From NCBI GenBank assembly GCA_016286345.1, contig JAEESL010000002.1, positions 7,051-71,050 of the forward strand: DNA of 64,000 nucleotides, in the 5' to 3' direction. Origin of the DNA: Dehalococcoidales bacterium. GTDB taxonomy: Bacteria > Chloroflexota > Dehalococcoidia > Dehalococcoidales > UBA1222. Numbering within the stretch: the stretch's first letter is position 1; the number at the start of each line of letters is the position of its first letter. The position numbers and the translations under genes were made by a program. Under the pieces are notes generated by a model. The model was not told the origin of the DNA. It did not search any database and saw only the letters and a program-made list of their open reading frames with translations. Shown piece by piece: positions 34,690 to 44,812 of the stretch.

Positions 34690-35530
34690 AAGCATCCCTA
34701 TACACAGCATCAGCCATGATGCATGTCCTGACCGCACTCTTTACATCATGAACTCTTATAATGTCGGCACCCTGGCTGATCCCTATGGTATGCATTACCT
34801 GGTTTCCTTCATTGCGTTCGCTGACATCGCAACCCAGCATTTCCCCTATAAAGCTCTTGTTACTAATGCCAAGCAATACAGGAAAACCAAGTGCCTTTAT
34901 CTCTGAAAGTCTTTTCACAAGCTCAATATTCTGTTCAACGGATTTGCCGAAACCGCATCCGGGATCACATATGATACGTTCCTTATCTATTCCGGCAGAA
35001 ATACAGATATCTATCATCTTTGACAGATCATCTTTGACTTCGTGAACTATATCCCTCTTAATAACCTTTTTGCGCTGATTGCTGGTGATGATAAAACCTG
35101 CAGAATAATCAGAGGCAAGAGCCGCCATATCCTTGCAGTTGGAAAGGCCTGAAACATCATTGATGATATTTACGCCCAGCTTTAAAGCTTCTTCGGCAAC
35201 AGCAGGTTTCATGGTATCGATACTTATTGGAACATCAAAGGCAAGTTTGAGTTCCCTGATAACCGGGATAACTCTTTTTAATTCATCCTCTTCCGATACA
35301 GCGCCGCTGGTCGGAGCAGTGGATTCTCCGCCGACATCGATGATATCAGCCTTATCCCTGATCATACCATTGACCCTTGACATGATTTCAGATATATCTG
35401 TCAACCCGTCACCGGAAAATGAGTTCGGAGTGGCATTGACAATACCCATGACATAGGTCATGACACCCCAGTTAAAAAGAAATCCGCCAATGTTTACCAT
35501 ATGCTGTCCATTTTCTGATTTTTTGTCCAA
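34679..35530 (-). CDS. folP: dihydropteroate synthase
   Basis: Has IVNATPNSFSGDG, IIDVGGEST, SIDT and the pterin-binding domain pattern. 283 aa. Confidence 0.9.
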   Translation of the reverse strand: MDKKSENGQHMVNIGGFLFNWGVMTYVMGIVNATPNSFSGDGLTDISEIMSRVNGMIRDKADIIDVGGESTAPTSGAVSEEDELKRVIPVIRELKLAFDVPISIDTMKPAVAEEALKLGVNIINDVSGLSNCKDMAALASDYSAGFIITSNQRKKVIKRDIVHEVKDDLSKMIDICISAGIDKERIICDPGCGFGKSVEQNIELVKRLSEIKALGFPVLLGISNKSFIGEMLGCDVSERNEGNQVMHTIGISQGADIIRVHDVKSAVRTCIMADAVYRDAYED

Positions 35531-35619
35531 TACCGTGTTTTATCATGGTAAATGTGTCGAAATTATTATAGCAAATTGAATTACATAATAAATTATTGTA
35601 GAATTAGTGCGAGGTTAGT

Positions 35620-36690
35620 ATGACCATTGATAAGAACACAAATCAGTTAGAAGACAAAGGCAAGGCTCTGGAACTTGCTCAGGAACGAATACTTAAACGT
35701 TTTGGTAAAGGCGCGATCATGAGGTTCAGCGATACCGTTGATCCTTCGGAAGTTGCAGCAATATCAACAGGTTCCGTAGCTTTGGACTTGGCTTTAGGCG
35801 TAGGGGGCATTCCCCGAGGTCGTATTACAGAGATTTTCGGTCCTGAAAGTTCAGGTAAAACCACTCTTGGCCAGCATATAATTGCACAGGCGCAGAAGAT
35901 GGGTGGACAGGCTGCTTACATCGATGTTGAGCATGCCCTTGATCCGACATACGCAAAGATCTGCGGTATCGATATAGACTCATTGCTTGTTGCACAACCC
36001 GATGCCGGCGAAGAGGCACTGGAGATAACAGAAACTCTTGTAAGAAGCAATGCTGTGGACGTAGTGATCGTAGACAGTGTTGCAGCCTTGGTTCCCCGAG
36101 CTGAAATAGAAGGAGATATGGGTGACAACCATGTCGGCCTGCAGGCCAGACTTATGTCACAGGCATTGCGAAAGCTTTCTCCTGCAATCAGCCAGTCCAA
36201 GACAGCCGTAGTGTTCATTAACCAGCTCCGAGAAAAAGTCGGTATATTATTCGGTAATCCTGAAATCACTCCCGGTGGAAGAGCACTGAAGTTCTATGCA
36301 TCAGTAAGGATCGATGTCCGCAAGGGAGAAGTCATCAAGCAGGGTGACAAAACTTTAGGTATCAGAGTAAAAGCAAAAGTCGTCAAGAACAAAGTCGCAC
36401 CTCCGTTCAGGGCTGCCACCTTTGACATCATGTTTAACGAAGGCATCAGCCGTGAAGGCGATTTGATCGAACTCGGCGTAGAAATGAACATTATCCGAAA
36501 AGCTGGGGCGTTCTTCTCCTATGGTGATACACGATTAGGACAGGGAAAAGAAGCTGCCAAGAATTTCCTCAAAGAAAACAAGGATATCGCCGAGGAAATC
36601 GAAAAGAAAATTAGAGATACCGCTGCAAAAAGCAACGTCATATCGTTTAACGACGGTTTAAACGAGGACGATGACATATCTGAAGCATAA
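35620..36690 (+). CDS. recA: recombinase RecA
   Basis: Canonical RecA: [35 protein letters not shown] and [10 protein letters not shown]. Confidence 0.97.
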   Translation: MTIDKNTNQLEDKGKALELAQERILKRFGKGAIMRFSDTVDPSEVAAISTGSVALDLALGVGGIPRGRITEIFGPESSGKTTLGQHIIAQAQKMGGQAAYIDVEHALDPTYAKICGIDIDSLLVAQPDAGEEALEITETLVRSNAVDVVIVDSVAALVPRAEIEGDMGDNHVGLQARLMSQALRKLSPAISQSKTAVVFINQLREKVGILFGNPEITPGGRALKFYASVRIDVRKGEVIKQGDKTLGIRVKAKVVKNKVAPPFRAATFDIMFNEGISREGDLIELGVEMNIIRKAGAFFSYGDTRLGQGKEAAKNFLKENKDIAEEIEKKIRDTAAKSNVISFNDGLNEDDDISEA

Positions 36691-36744
36691 CTTCTAAATT
36701 TCTTATTAGCGTGACTTTACCTGTTCTTAAATGAAAGGAACAAG

Positions 36745-37368
36745 GTGAGTACGGTTACGCGTATCAGCATAATAGAAAAACCGCAGGCCAAGATAAACGT
36801 TTATCTTGACGGTGCACTCACTTATGCCCTTCCCTTAGACATGGAAAAAGAGCTTTCCGTCGGTCAGATCCTGACAGAAGAGGATCAGATACGACTGGAA
36901 AGAATGAGTCAGTATTTCAAATGCCTTGCCTCAGGCAAACGTCTGGTCACAAACAGACCCCACAGCAGGAAGGAACTGAAAACCAAACTTCTGCAGAGAC
37001 ATTATCCTTCAGAAGCAGTGGATAAAGTCCTGGACAAACTGACAGAATGGGGTCTGGTCAATGATGAGGAATTTGCTGCTTACTGGATCGACAACCGCAA
37101 TTCATGCAATCCCAAGAGCAAGCTGTTGACAGCAGCAGAACTGCGTGACAAGGGTGTGTCCAGTGCTATCATCAGTGCCCAGGTCAAGAATATTGACGAC
37201 AGCAAAAATGCATACGAAATAGCATCCCGCAGAGCTGAGAGACTTGCAGGTCTGGACAAGAATACTTTCATGCGAAGACTTGGAAGTTTTCTCGAAAGGC
37301 GTGGATTCAGCTATGAGACCATTCGTCCGACAGTGGAAAAGCTGTGGGTCGAATATAAGACAAATTGA
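36745..37368 (+). CDS. recX: recombination regulator RecX
   Basis: 207 aa with a GTG start. It is a three-helix-repeat protein immediately downstream of recA; it has SRKELKTKLLQRHYPSEAVDKVLDKLTEWGLVNDEEFA. Confidence 0.85.
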   Translation: MSTVTRISIIEKPQAKINVYLDGALTYALPLDMEKELSVGQILTEEDQIRLERMSQYFKCLASGKRLVTNRPHSRKELKTKLLQRHYPSEAVDKVLDKLTEWGLVNDEEFAAYWIDNRNSCNPKSKLLTAAELRDKGVSSAIISAQVKNIDDSKNAYEIASRRAERLAGLDKNTFMRRLGSFLERRGFSYETIRPTVEKLWVEYKTN

Positions 37369-37412
37369 ATTTAAGAAAAAATGAAAAACCAAATTAAGGA
37401 AAGGAGATAACC

Positions 37413-38945
37413 ATGGAGCAGCCTATATTGATTTTAGCTGCATTTGTTATCGGTGCTGTATTCGGCGCTATGGCTGTCGCTTTGACAAGAGGTTTCTTTG
37501 CAAACAGACAGATCAAAGCCGCACAGAAACGTGCAGAACGAATTGAAGCCGAAGCCAAAGTAGAAGCTAAGAACATAATTAATGAAGCCAACCTCGACGG
37601 TGATAAGATCAGAGCCCGCGCTGAGAGCGAAATCCGTGAACGAAGGACTGAACTTCAGAGACAGGAAAACAGACTCAATCAGAAGGAAGCCAACTTAGAC
37701 AACAAGGTCGAGGAACTCGAACAGAAAGAACACAACCTCAACACCAAGGCCAGACAGCTGGAAGACACAGAAGAAGATCTGGAAGAACAGAGAAGCAACA
37801 TCAACAAGAGACTGGAAGAGGTCTCCGGTATGACCATCGATGAAGCCAAGGCTGAACTACTTACCAATGTCGATGCTGAACTTGGCGCTGAAAAGACCAG
37901 AAGAATCAGAGATTTCAATGTAACCCTTACTGAGGAAGCCGAGCAGAGAGCAAGGGATATCCTCGCCCAGGTCATTCAGAGAAATGCATCAGAAGTCGTT
38001 ACAGAAACCACTTCATCAGTGGTACCTTTGCCATCTGATGATATGAAGGGCAGACTCATCGGCCGAGAAGGCAGAAACATCCGTGCCCTTGAACAGGCAA
38101 CAGGCGTCGATCTTATCATCGACGATACTCCTGAGGCTGTCACTGTATCATCATTTGATCCAATCCGACGAGAAGTTGCCAAGCAGGCCCTTAACAAACT
38201 GATTCTCGACGGCAGGATACACCCGTCAAGAATTGAAGAAATCGTTGAAAAAGCAAAAGAAGAAGTCGAAGCCACCATTTACTCTGCCGGTGAACAGGCA
38301 GCCTATCAGGTCGGTGTTCATGGACTTCATCCCGAACTTATCAAACTCCTCGGTAAACTTAAATACAGAACAAGCTATGGTCAGAACGTTCTGGCTCACT
38401 CAATGGAAGTTGCAACTGTTGCAGGTATGATCGCATCTGAACTGCACGCCAATGTAGCCATTGCAAAGAAAGCTGGTCTTCTCCACGATATCGGCAAAGC
38501 CGTTGACAGAGAAGTTGAAGGCACTCATGCTGCAATCGGTGCAGACCTGGTCAAACAGTGGGATAAATCCAAGGATGTCGTAAGAGGTGTTGCTGAACAT
38601 CATCTTGATGTTGCCGATATCTCATTCTGGGGTTTCATCGTCTCAGCCGCAGATGCCATTTCAAGCGCACGACCCGGTGCACGACGTGAATCCATGGAGA
38701 ACTACCTCGCCCGAATCAAGAGCCTTGAAGAAATTGCAAACAGCTTCATTGGTGTTGATAAATCTTATGCGATCCAGGCCGGACGAGAAGTCAGAATTCT
38801 CGTCAATGCAGAACAGATTGACGATCTGGACAGCATGAGACTTGCCCGGGATATCGTAAAGAAGATTGAAGAAACACTGGAATACCCGGGTCAGATCAAA
38901 GTGACCGTTGTCAGAGAAACAAGAGCAACTGATTACGCGAAATAG
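37413..38945 (+). CDS. rny: ribonuclease Y
   Basis: N-terminal TM, coiled coil, a KH domain ([15 protein letters not shown]) and an HD domain (LLHDIGKA). 510 aa. Confidence 0.95.
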   Translation: MEQPILILAAFVIGAVFGAMAVALTRGFFANRQIKAAQKRAERIEAEAKVEAKNIINEANLDGDKIRARAESEIRERRTELQRQENRLNQKEANLDNKVEELEQKEHNLNTKARQLEDTEEDLEEQRSNINKRLEEVSGMTIDEAKAELLTNVDAELGAEKTRRIRDFNVTLTEEAEQRARDILAQVIQRNASEVVTETTSSVVPLPSDDMKGRLIGREGRNIRALEQATGVDLIIDDTPEAVTVSSFDPIRREVAKQALNKLILDGRIHPSRIEEIVEKAKEEVEATIYSAGEQAAYQVGVHGLHPELIKLLGKLKYRTSYGQNVLAHSMEVATVAGMIASELHANVAIAKKAGLLHDIGKAVDREVEGTHAAIGADLVKQWDKSKDVVRGVAEHHLDVADISFWGFIVSAADAISSARPGARRESMENYLARIKSLEEIANSFIGVDKSYAIQAGREVRILVNAEQIDDLDSMRLARDIVKKIEETLEYPGQIKVTVVRETRATDYAK

Positions 38946-38954
38946 GATACCGCT

Positions 38955-39728
38955 ATGAGAGTACTGTGTATTGGCGATGTGATCGGAAACCCCGGACGAA
39001 TGGCGCTGAATAAATTATTGCCTATCGTAAAGATGCAATATAAGGTGGACTTCGTTATTGCCAATGGCGAAAACAGCGCAGGAGGCAAAGGGGCAACACC
39101 AGATACTGTCAGAGAAATGATGGCTGCCGGCTGTGATGTGATCACAAGCGGCAACCATATATGGGCAATGAAGGAGATCGTCCCCAGTCTCGAAGGTGAT
39201 CAGCCGATACTGCGTCCTCTCAACTATCCTCCCGGACTTCCCGGTCAGGGACACATAATCATGGGCGATATCTGTGTTGTGAATATCATCGGAAGGACCT
39301 TCGTCGGAAACTTTGATTGTCCTTTCAGAGCAATGGATGATATCCTCAAGCGCATCCCTGACAACATAAAAATTATCGTTGTTGACTTCCATGCAGAAGC
39401 GACCAGTGAGAAAGTGGCCATGGGTTACTATCTCGATGGACGAGTGAGTGCATTATTCGGCACCCATACACATGTTCCCACCGCAGATGAAAAGATACTC
39501 CCAAAGAAGACAGGCTATATCACCGATGTTGGTATGGTCGGACCCACACACTCTGTCATAGGCTGTGATGTTGATGAAGTTATTGAAAGAACAATCTCAC
39601 AGGTAATGCATCGTTTATCAGTATCAAAAGACAAAAGCGTTACTTTTAATGCTGTTCTCTTCGATATAGACGACATAACGGGGAAAACAATATCTGTTGA
39701 ACGTATTAACAAAGAGGTTTCTTTATGA
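38955..39728 (+). CDS. ymdB: YmdB-type metallophosphoesterase (2',3'-cyclic-nucleotide phosphodiesterase family)
   Basis: MRVLCIGDVIGNPGR...VIANGENSAGG...GNHIW...DFHAEATSEK. It conserves synteny directly after rny. Confidence 0.85.
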   Translation: MRVLCIGDVIGNPGRMALNKLLPIVKMQYKVDFVIANGENSAGGKGATPDTVREMMAAGCDVITSGNHIWAMKEIVPSLEGDQPILRPLNYPPGLPGQGHIIMGDICVVNIIGRTFVGNFDCPFRAMDDILKRIPDNIKIIVVDFHAEATSEKVAMGYYLDGRVSALFGTHTHVPTADEKILPKKTGYITDVGMVGPTHSVIGCDVDEVIERTISQVMHRLSVSKDKSVTFNAVLFDIDDITGKTISVERINKEVSL

Positions 39729-40558
39729 AGATAGATTTACATGTTCATACCAATGCTTCAGACGGAAAATATCCCGTTGAAGAAATCATTAAGATGGCAT
39801 ATGACAATGGTGTAAGAGTTCTGGCCATTACCGATCATGATACCGTGGCAGCTATCCCAAGAGCTGTTGAATGTGCAAAGAATTATCCGGATCTGACTCT
39901 TATCCCGGGTATAGAAATGTCCAGCACATATCCTGGCTGTGAAGTCCATATCCTCGGTTATTTCGTAGACTGGAAAGATCCACATTTCCTTGAACAGCTT
40001 CAGGAAATGCGTGAATCAAGAGTCAACAGGGCAGCCGCAATGGTTGAAAAATGCCGTGAACTGGGTATGGACATAACCATGGACAGAGTCAGGGAAATAG
40101 CCGGTGACGCAAATATCGGAAGACCGCATATTGCACACGCCATCCTCGAAAAAGGCTATGCCGCCACCTGGGATGAAGTATTCGACAAGTACCTTGGACA
40201 CGGTGGACAGGCATACGTGGAAAGAGTAAAGCTATCTCCCTATGATGCTGTATGTCTTCTTCATGAAGCAAAAGGTATCGTTTCCTTTGCCCATCCTTTC
40301 CTTACATCTGATTACAAAGCCATCCTTCCGCAGCTTCTTAAAGCAAATATCGAAGGAATGGAAACATACTATAAGACTTTCAATGATGAACAGCGTAAAG
40401 AGCTAAAAAAATGCTGTCAGGAAAACAATCTTATCCCCACCGGCGGCACTGATTTCCATGGCATTGAAGACGATGAAATATTTATAGGGGAAAGTGGAAT
40501 TCCCAATGAAACCGTTCTCGCACTGCTTGATGTTGCCCATAAGCGAGGACGACTTTAA
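39725..40558 (+). CDS. PHP-domain phosphoesterase
   Basis: MKIDLHVHTNASDG...LAITDHDT is the PHP signature. 277 aa. Confidence 0.8.
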   Translation: MKIDLHVHTNASDGKYPVEEIIKMAYDNGVRVLAITDHDTVAAIPRAVECAKNYPDLTLIPGIEMSSTYPGCEVHILGYFVDWKDPHFLEQLQEMRESRVNRAAAMVEKCRELGMDITMDRVREIAGDANIGRPHIAHAILEKGYAATWDEVFDKYLGHGGQAYVERVKLSPYDAVCLLHEAKGIVSFAHPFLTSDYKAILPQLLKANIEGMETYYKTFNDEQRKELKKCCQENNLIPTGGTDFHGIEDDEIFIGESGIPNETVLALLDVAHKRGRL

Positions 40559-41268
40559 TGGCTGACAGCGTAGTACTGTTTCTGACCAGTTCAACTATCG
40601 GTCTTTTTATAGCATCATATCTGATAGGATCCATACCAATGGGATGGCTGCTTGTCAGAATATTCTATAAAAAGGATCTTCACAAATACGGCAGCGGCAA
40701 TGTGGGTGCCAGCAATGTAATGACAACAACTCATAATTACCTGCTTACCGCTATATGCGTGATCTTCGACTTCTCAAAAGGCGCTCTGTGCATGCTGATC
40801 GCAAGGGAGATCGGACTCCCGATTTACGTCCAGATGATCGCAGGTCTCGGAGCCATCATTGGACACGATTATTCCATATTCCTTAAATTCTCCGGAGGAA
40901 GAGGCATTCTGACCACGCTCGGAGTCTATTTCTTCATATCTCCATGGCTTGCATTACTTGCGCTGCTGGTGGCAGCATTATTTGTTCCATGGCATCATCT
41001 TGCTCTGGGATGTGTTGCAGCCGCATTTAGCGTACTGGCAGCCGTCAGCATATTCCCTGAAACATTCGGACTTGTAGGAATGGAAGATCTTGCTTCAGTA
41101 TCGACAGGCATATCACTGACAGTCATTCTTATATTTATAAGAAGACTGATTGCCCGCAGGACACAGTTGAGTCAGAACGAGCCACTATGGAGGATCGTAC
41201 TCTGCCGACTGTTTTTTGACAGGGACATACCTAACCGAGAGGCCTGGATACATCAGGACAGAAACTGA
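40558..41268 (+). CDS. plsY: glycerol-3-phosphate acyltransferase PlsY family protein
   Basis: GSIPMGWLLVRIFYKKDLHKYGSGNVGASNV and GHDYSIFLKFSGGRG motifs, with multiple TM segments. It is somewhat longer than typical PlsY. Confidence 0.75.
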   Translation: MADSVVLFLTSSTIGLFIASYLIGSIPMGWLLVRIFYKKDLHKYGSGNVGASNVMTTTHNYLLTAICVIFDFSKGALCMLIAREIGLPIYVQMIAGLGAIIGHDYSIFLKFSGGRGILTTLGVYFFISPWLALLALLVAALFVPWHHLALGCVAAAFSVLAAVSIFPETFGLVGMEDLASVSTGISLTVILIFIRRLIARRTQLSQNEPLWRIVLCRLFFDRDIPNREAWIHQDRN

Positions 41269-41278
41269 TCGGAAATCT

Positions 41279-42544
41279 CTAATAATCCAAAGGCGTCATT
41301 GTAAGCAATTCTTTGGCAATCTCAGGATATTTTATTATGAATATCAGTTCTTCCTCTACCAAAGGCTTATGTGACTCTACATTGGCATAACGGACAAGTT
41401 CAAGGATACGGTTTGCTGCATCACGATCTTCAGGAAGAGCGAGATCTAAATTTGCATCTTCGTTATTCAGCTGATTTACAACATGCTTGAACCCGTTGAT
41501 TCCGCTGTATTCTCCTGCACAGATCTCACTGCCGGTATTAACGGTGATAGGTTCACCTCGTCCGAGTTCTTTGTAGCCGTAGAGCTCATAGTTTTCAGGA
41601 TCCTTCAGAACGCCGTCGGCGTGAATGCCTGATGCATGTGCAAAACAGTTGCGTCCGACTCCAGGCTGATTGATAGGAATTGGTACATTGAAGGCATATG
41701 AAGCAAATCTTGCGGCGTCCCATATTCTTTCAAGCTTGATGGGAATTCCAAGTTCATATTTGCCGGCGATACCTTTAGCTTTCATCAATGACAGGACACA
41801 GCTTAAAAAGTCTGCGTTGCCGGCTCTTTCACCGACACCATTGATCGTAGTATTGATATAAGCATCCTGGCCGGCATCTACAGCAGCCATTGCACCGGAA
41901 ATGGAAGTTGCAACTGCAAGACCAAGATCACCATGAGTATGTATCTCAATATCCATCTTTACTGCTGTTGCAAGAGCATAAATAGTGTCATAAATGCTTT
42001 TCGGGCTTTCATATCCGAGAGTATCACAATATCTCAATCTGGTTGCGCCATGCTTTTTTGCTTCACTTGCAAATCTGATCAGAAAATCAAGATCCGTTCT
42101 GGAACCGTCTTCACAGTTGACACCGACGGTTTCAGCACCCAGTTCATATGCTTTGTCAACGGCGGCTGTCATATCACTGATGACATCATCCCTGGTCTTT
42201 CGACCCCTATATTTACCCTGGATCATCTGGTCTGAAGTGGAAGATGAGACATTGAGATGCTTGATAGTAGGAATAGCTCTGAAAGCTTCCTCAACATCGG
42301 ATGCCAGACCACGTGTCCAGCCTGAGAGTCGGATATTTTTCAGTACACCCATTTCCTGAAGTTTTAGATTTGCGAGCAGATATCTTCTCTCATGTTTGGT
42401 TGTAGGAAAACCGAATTCGCTCTGGAATACTCCCATTTCATCCATATATAAATTGATCATGGTCTTTTCAAGTTTTGAAAGACCAAGTCTGGCGGTCTGA
42501 ACACCATCTCTGTTCGTTACATCAACAAAATATATTTTTCCCAT
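41279..42544 (-). CDS. HMGL-like / DRE-TIM aldolase family enzyme (homocitrate / Re-citrate / citramalate synthase-like)
   Basis: 421 aa, with VDVTNRDGVQ, HTHGDLGLAVA and INGVGERAGNA motifs of the isopropylmalate/homocitrate synthase family. It lacks the LeuA C-terminal regulatory domain and is not in a leu operon. Confidence 0.75.
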   Translation of the reverse strand: MGKIYFVDVTNRDGVQTARLGLSKLEKTMINLYMDEMGVFQSEFGFPTTKHERRYLLANLKLQEMGVLKNIRLSGWTRGLASDVEEAFRAIPTIKHLNVSSSTSDQMIQGKYRGRKTRDDVISDMTAAVDKAYELGAETVGVNCEDGSRTDLDFLIRFASEAKKHGATRLRYCDTLGYESPKSIYDTIYALATAVKMDIEIHTHGDLGLAVATSISGAMAAVDAGQDAYINTTINGVGERAGNADFLSCVLSLMKAKGIAGKYELGIPIKLERIWDAARFASYAFNVPIPINQPGVGRNCFAHASGIHADGVLKDPENYELYGYKELGRGEPITVNTGSEICAGEYSGINGFKHVVNQLNNEDANLDLALPEDRDAANRILELVRYANVESHKPLVEEELIFIIKYPEIAKELLTMTPLDY

Positions 42545-42556
42545 TTTTCTATCTCC

Positions 42557-43225
42557 TTAACGGAAAATATGAATTCCCATAATAAAAAGCCATGTGGCTA
42601 ATGAATAAAGTATAGCCCTTCCGATGGCAGTGCCTACAAGAAATTTCCAGTACGGATATTTCAAGGCTCCGGCAACCAGCCCCATGACATCAAATGCCAG
42701 AGGCACTCCTGACATCACGATAATAAGAAGCATGCCGAATTTATTCAGCCACGTTTCGAGCTTGATATACAGATCCTTCTTTTTCTTATTTTCATCGACC
42801 ATTGTCTGTCCGCTGTAACCTGCAAGATATCCTGTAGATTCACCTATGGCAGCTCCTATTCCGCCGATAACACCTAGGCAGATCGGAACAGGAATGACAA
42901 TTGATCCGATCATAATCGGAGGAAGCATTGTAGACATGGCAACCAATACCACCATATTGCCGACCGGCAATATCAGTGTTGCGTTCATAATAACGGAGAT
43001 AAGAAATATTCCCAGATATCCGAGGTTCCTTATCTCTTCGACTTTATCGGGTCTGTAGTGATATAAGTAAAAAACCACCCCGACTATTGCTGCAACAAAA
43101 ACAAGCAGAAGAATAGGCACCAAACGACTGGTCACCCATAGCGGTATAAAGATATTTCTGCCGAAAATCCTTTTATATGTACCTTTTTTCTCTCTTGATT
43201 CTATTTCCGTTGTTTCTTCAGACAT
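42557..43225 (-). CDS. DedA/VTT-domain-like membrane protein
   Basis: 222 aa with multiple TM segments. The pattern resembles the TVP38/DedA family. Weak call. Confidence 0.45.
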   Translation of the reverse strand: MSEETTEIESREKKGTYKRIFGRNIFIPLWVTSRLVPILLLVFVAAIVGVVFYLYHYRPDKVEEIRNLGYLGIFLISVIMNATLILPVGNMVVLVAMSTMLPPIMIGSIVIPVPICLGVIGGIGAAIGESTGYLAGYSGQTMVDENKKKKDLYIKLETWLNKFGMLLIIVMSGVPLAFDVMGLVAGALKYPYWKFLVGTAIGRAILYSLATWLFIMGIHIFR

Positions 43226-43247
43226 ATTGAAGATTTTACCATATATG

Positions 43248-43835
43248 CTATTTCTTTATAGCAAATATATTGGTCCACATCTGCTGGCGACCGTTTCTTA
43301 ATTCTTTTGACATCCAGACTTCAATGTTATCCCACTGTCCAGACTGTTTTATGATGTCACTGATATCATCTCCGTTTGTATCGTAGAAATACCGTCCTTT
43401 ATCAAAATGGGAACCTCTTCCGAAATAATACGAAGCAAATATCACTCCGGTCGGCCTTACTGCTTTGTAGAATTTCTTCCACACTATATGCTGTTGTTCA
43501 TAGGGAACATGAAGCATTGATGCCGAAGCCCATATACCATCATATGCATCAACTTCATCAATATCAGTAAAATACTTGTTCTGATACTCACATCCGGTCA
43601 GTTCATGAGCGTATTCACACATATTGATGGAGGCATCAAGCAGGATACATTTGTAACCTTTTTTAGTGAAATACAGACTGTCGCGGCCTGATCCGCAGCC
43701 TGCATCAAGTATGATTCCACCATTGGGAATATGAGTCAGGAAATCATCGGCGATCTCCTCCAAATCGTAATTGATGGTATTGCCGATATACTCTTCGGAA
43801 TTATTGTCGTAGTACTCAATAGTTCTGTCCATCAC
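43248..43835 (-). CDS. class I SAM-dependent methyltransferase
   Basis: ILDAGCGSGRDSLYF motif I and CILLDAS post-I acidic residue. 195 aa. Confidence 0.75.
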   Translation of the reverse strand: MMDRTIEYYDNNSEEYIGNTINYDLEEIADDFLTHIPNGGIILDAGCGSGRDSLYFTKKGYKCILLDASINMCEYAHELTGCEYQNKYFTDIDEVDAYDGIWASASMLHVPYEQQHIVWKKFYKAVRPTGVIFASYYFGRGSHFDKGRYFYDTNGDDISDIIKQSGQWDNIEVWMSKELRNGRQQMWTNIFAIKK

Positions 43836-43966
43836 AGTACCCCAAAACAGTCATAAATTGATACTTAAATGATATATAAAACATCGAAGGATGTTCAAAA
43901 AGATTAATCATCACCGGACAGTTTGCGAAATAATTAAACCTTTGATATACTACACAATTGTTCTGT

Positions 43967-44042
43967 GCCCCCATCGTCTAGAGGCCTAGGACAACGGCCT
44001 TTCACGCCGTCAACATGGATTCGAATTCCATTGGGGGTGCCA
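43967..44042 (+). tRNA. tRNA-Glu (anticodon TTC), CCA encoded
   Basis: Acceptor GCCCCCA/TGGGGGT, D arm TCTAGAGGCCTAGGA, anticodon stem-loop ACGGC-ctTTCac-GCCGT and T arm ATGGA-TTCGAAT-TCCAT, ending in G plus CCA. Confidence 0.9.
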
Positions 44043-44113
44043 CATTTCATCTCTTTTTTCAGATTTTACTTCTTCTTTACGTTTCGTATGTATAATATGC
44101 ATAGTGAGGTATT

Positions 44114-44812
44114 ATGCGCATTTTAGTTGTTGAAGATGAACAGGCTATGGCTGATGCTATTGCACTCGGTCTGACAAGAAGCGGTTATGCCGTTGATACT
44201 GTATATGACGGAGAGGAAGCAATCGAAAGCGTTAGCGAAAATGATTATGATCTTGTTGTCCTTGATCTTAATCTTCCGAAAGTTGACGGAATAGACGTAT
44301 GCAGATTTATCCGCAGTACAAATGCAGCCACCGGCATCCTGATGCTGACAGCCAGATCGACAACTGAAGAACGGGTATTCGGACTGAATGCCGGTGCAGA
44401 TGACTACCTGATCAAACCATTTCATTTCACAGAACTTCTGGCCAGAGTACATGCTGTTCTCAGAAGATCTTCCATCGTAAGACAGGTGATTCTGAAATGC
44501 GGCAGACTCACACTGGATCCGAACAATATGCAGGTGACCTACGGAGATGAACTCCTTTCACTTACAACAAAGGAATTCGGCATCCTTGAATACCTGCTGA
44601 TCAATAAAGACCGTATCGTCAGCCAGGAAGAACTGCTGGAGCATATCTGGGATAACAATGCCGATATGTTCACTCAGACAGTCAAAGTACACATCAACAA
44701 CCTGCGAAAGAAACTCGATTCTGCCGGAGCCGTAAATCTTATCCAGACGATCAAGAATAAAGGCTATCTGATCAAGGAAGTACCCGATGAAGAAACCCAA
44801 ACCGATAGATAA
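44114..44812 (+). CDS. OmpR-family two-component response regulator
   Basis: Receiver domain (MRILVVEDE...DLVVLDLNLPKVDG...KPF) plus a winged-helix output (LTTKEFGILEYL...GYL). Confidence 0.9.
   Translation: MRILVVEDEQAMADAIALGLTRSGYAVDTVYDGEEAIESVSENDYDLVVLDLNLPKVDGIDVCRFIRSTNAATGILMLTARSTTEERVFGLNAGADDYLIKPFHFTELLARVHAVLRRSSIVRQVILKCGRLTLDPNNMQVTYGDELLSLTTKEFGILEYLLINKDRIVSQEELLEHIWDNNADMFTQTVKVHINNLRKKLDSAGAVNLIQTIKNKGYLIKEVPDEETQTDR

Noticed and set aside
35531-35619. LexA/SOS box upstream of recA.
   Set aside because: I found no GAAC-N4-GTTC-type or CTGT-N8-ACAG-type palindrome in the 89-nt region, only AT-rich sequence and a weak TACCGTG/CATGGTA inverted repeat.
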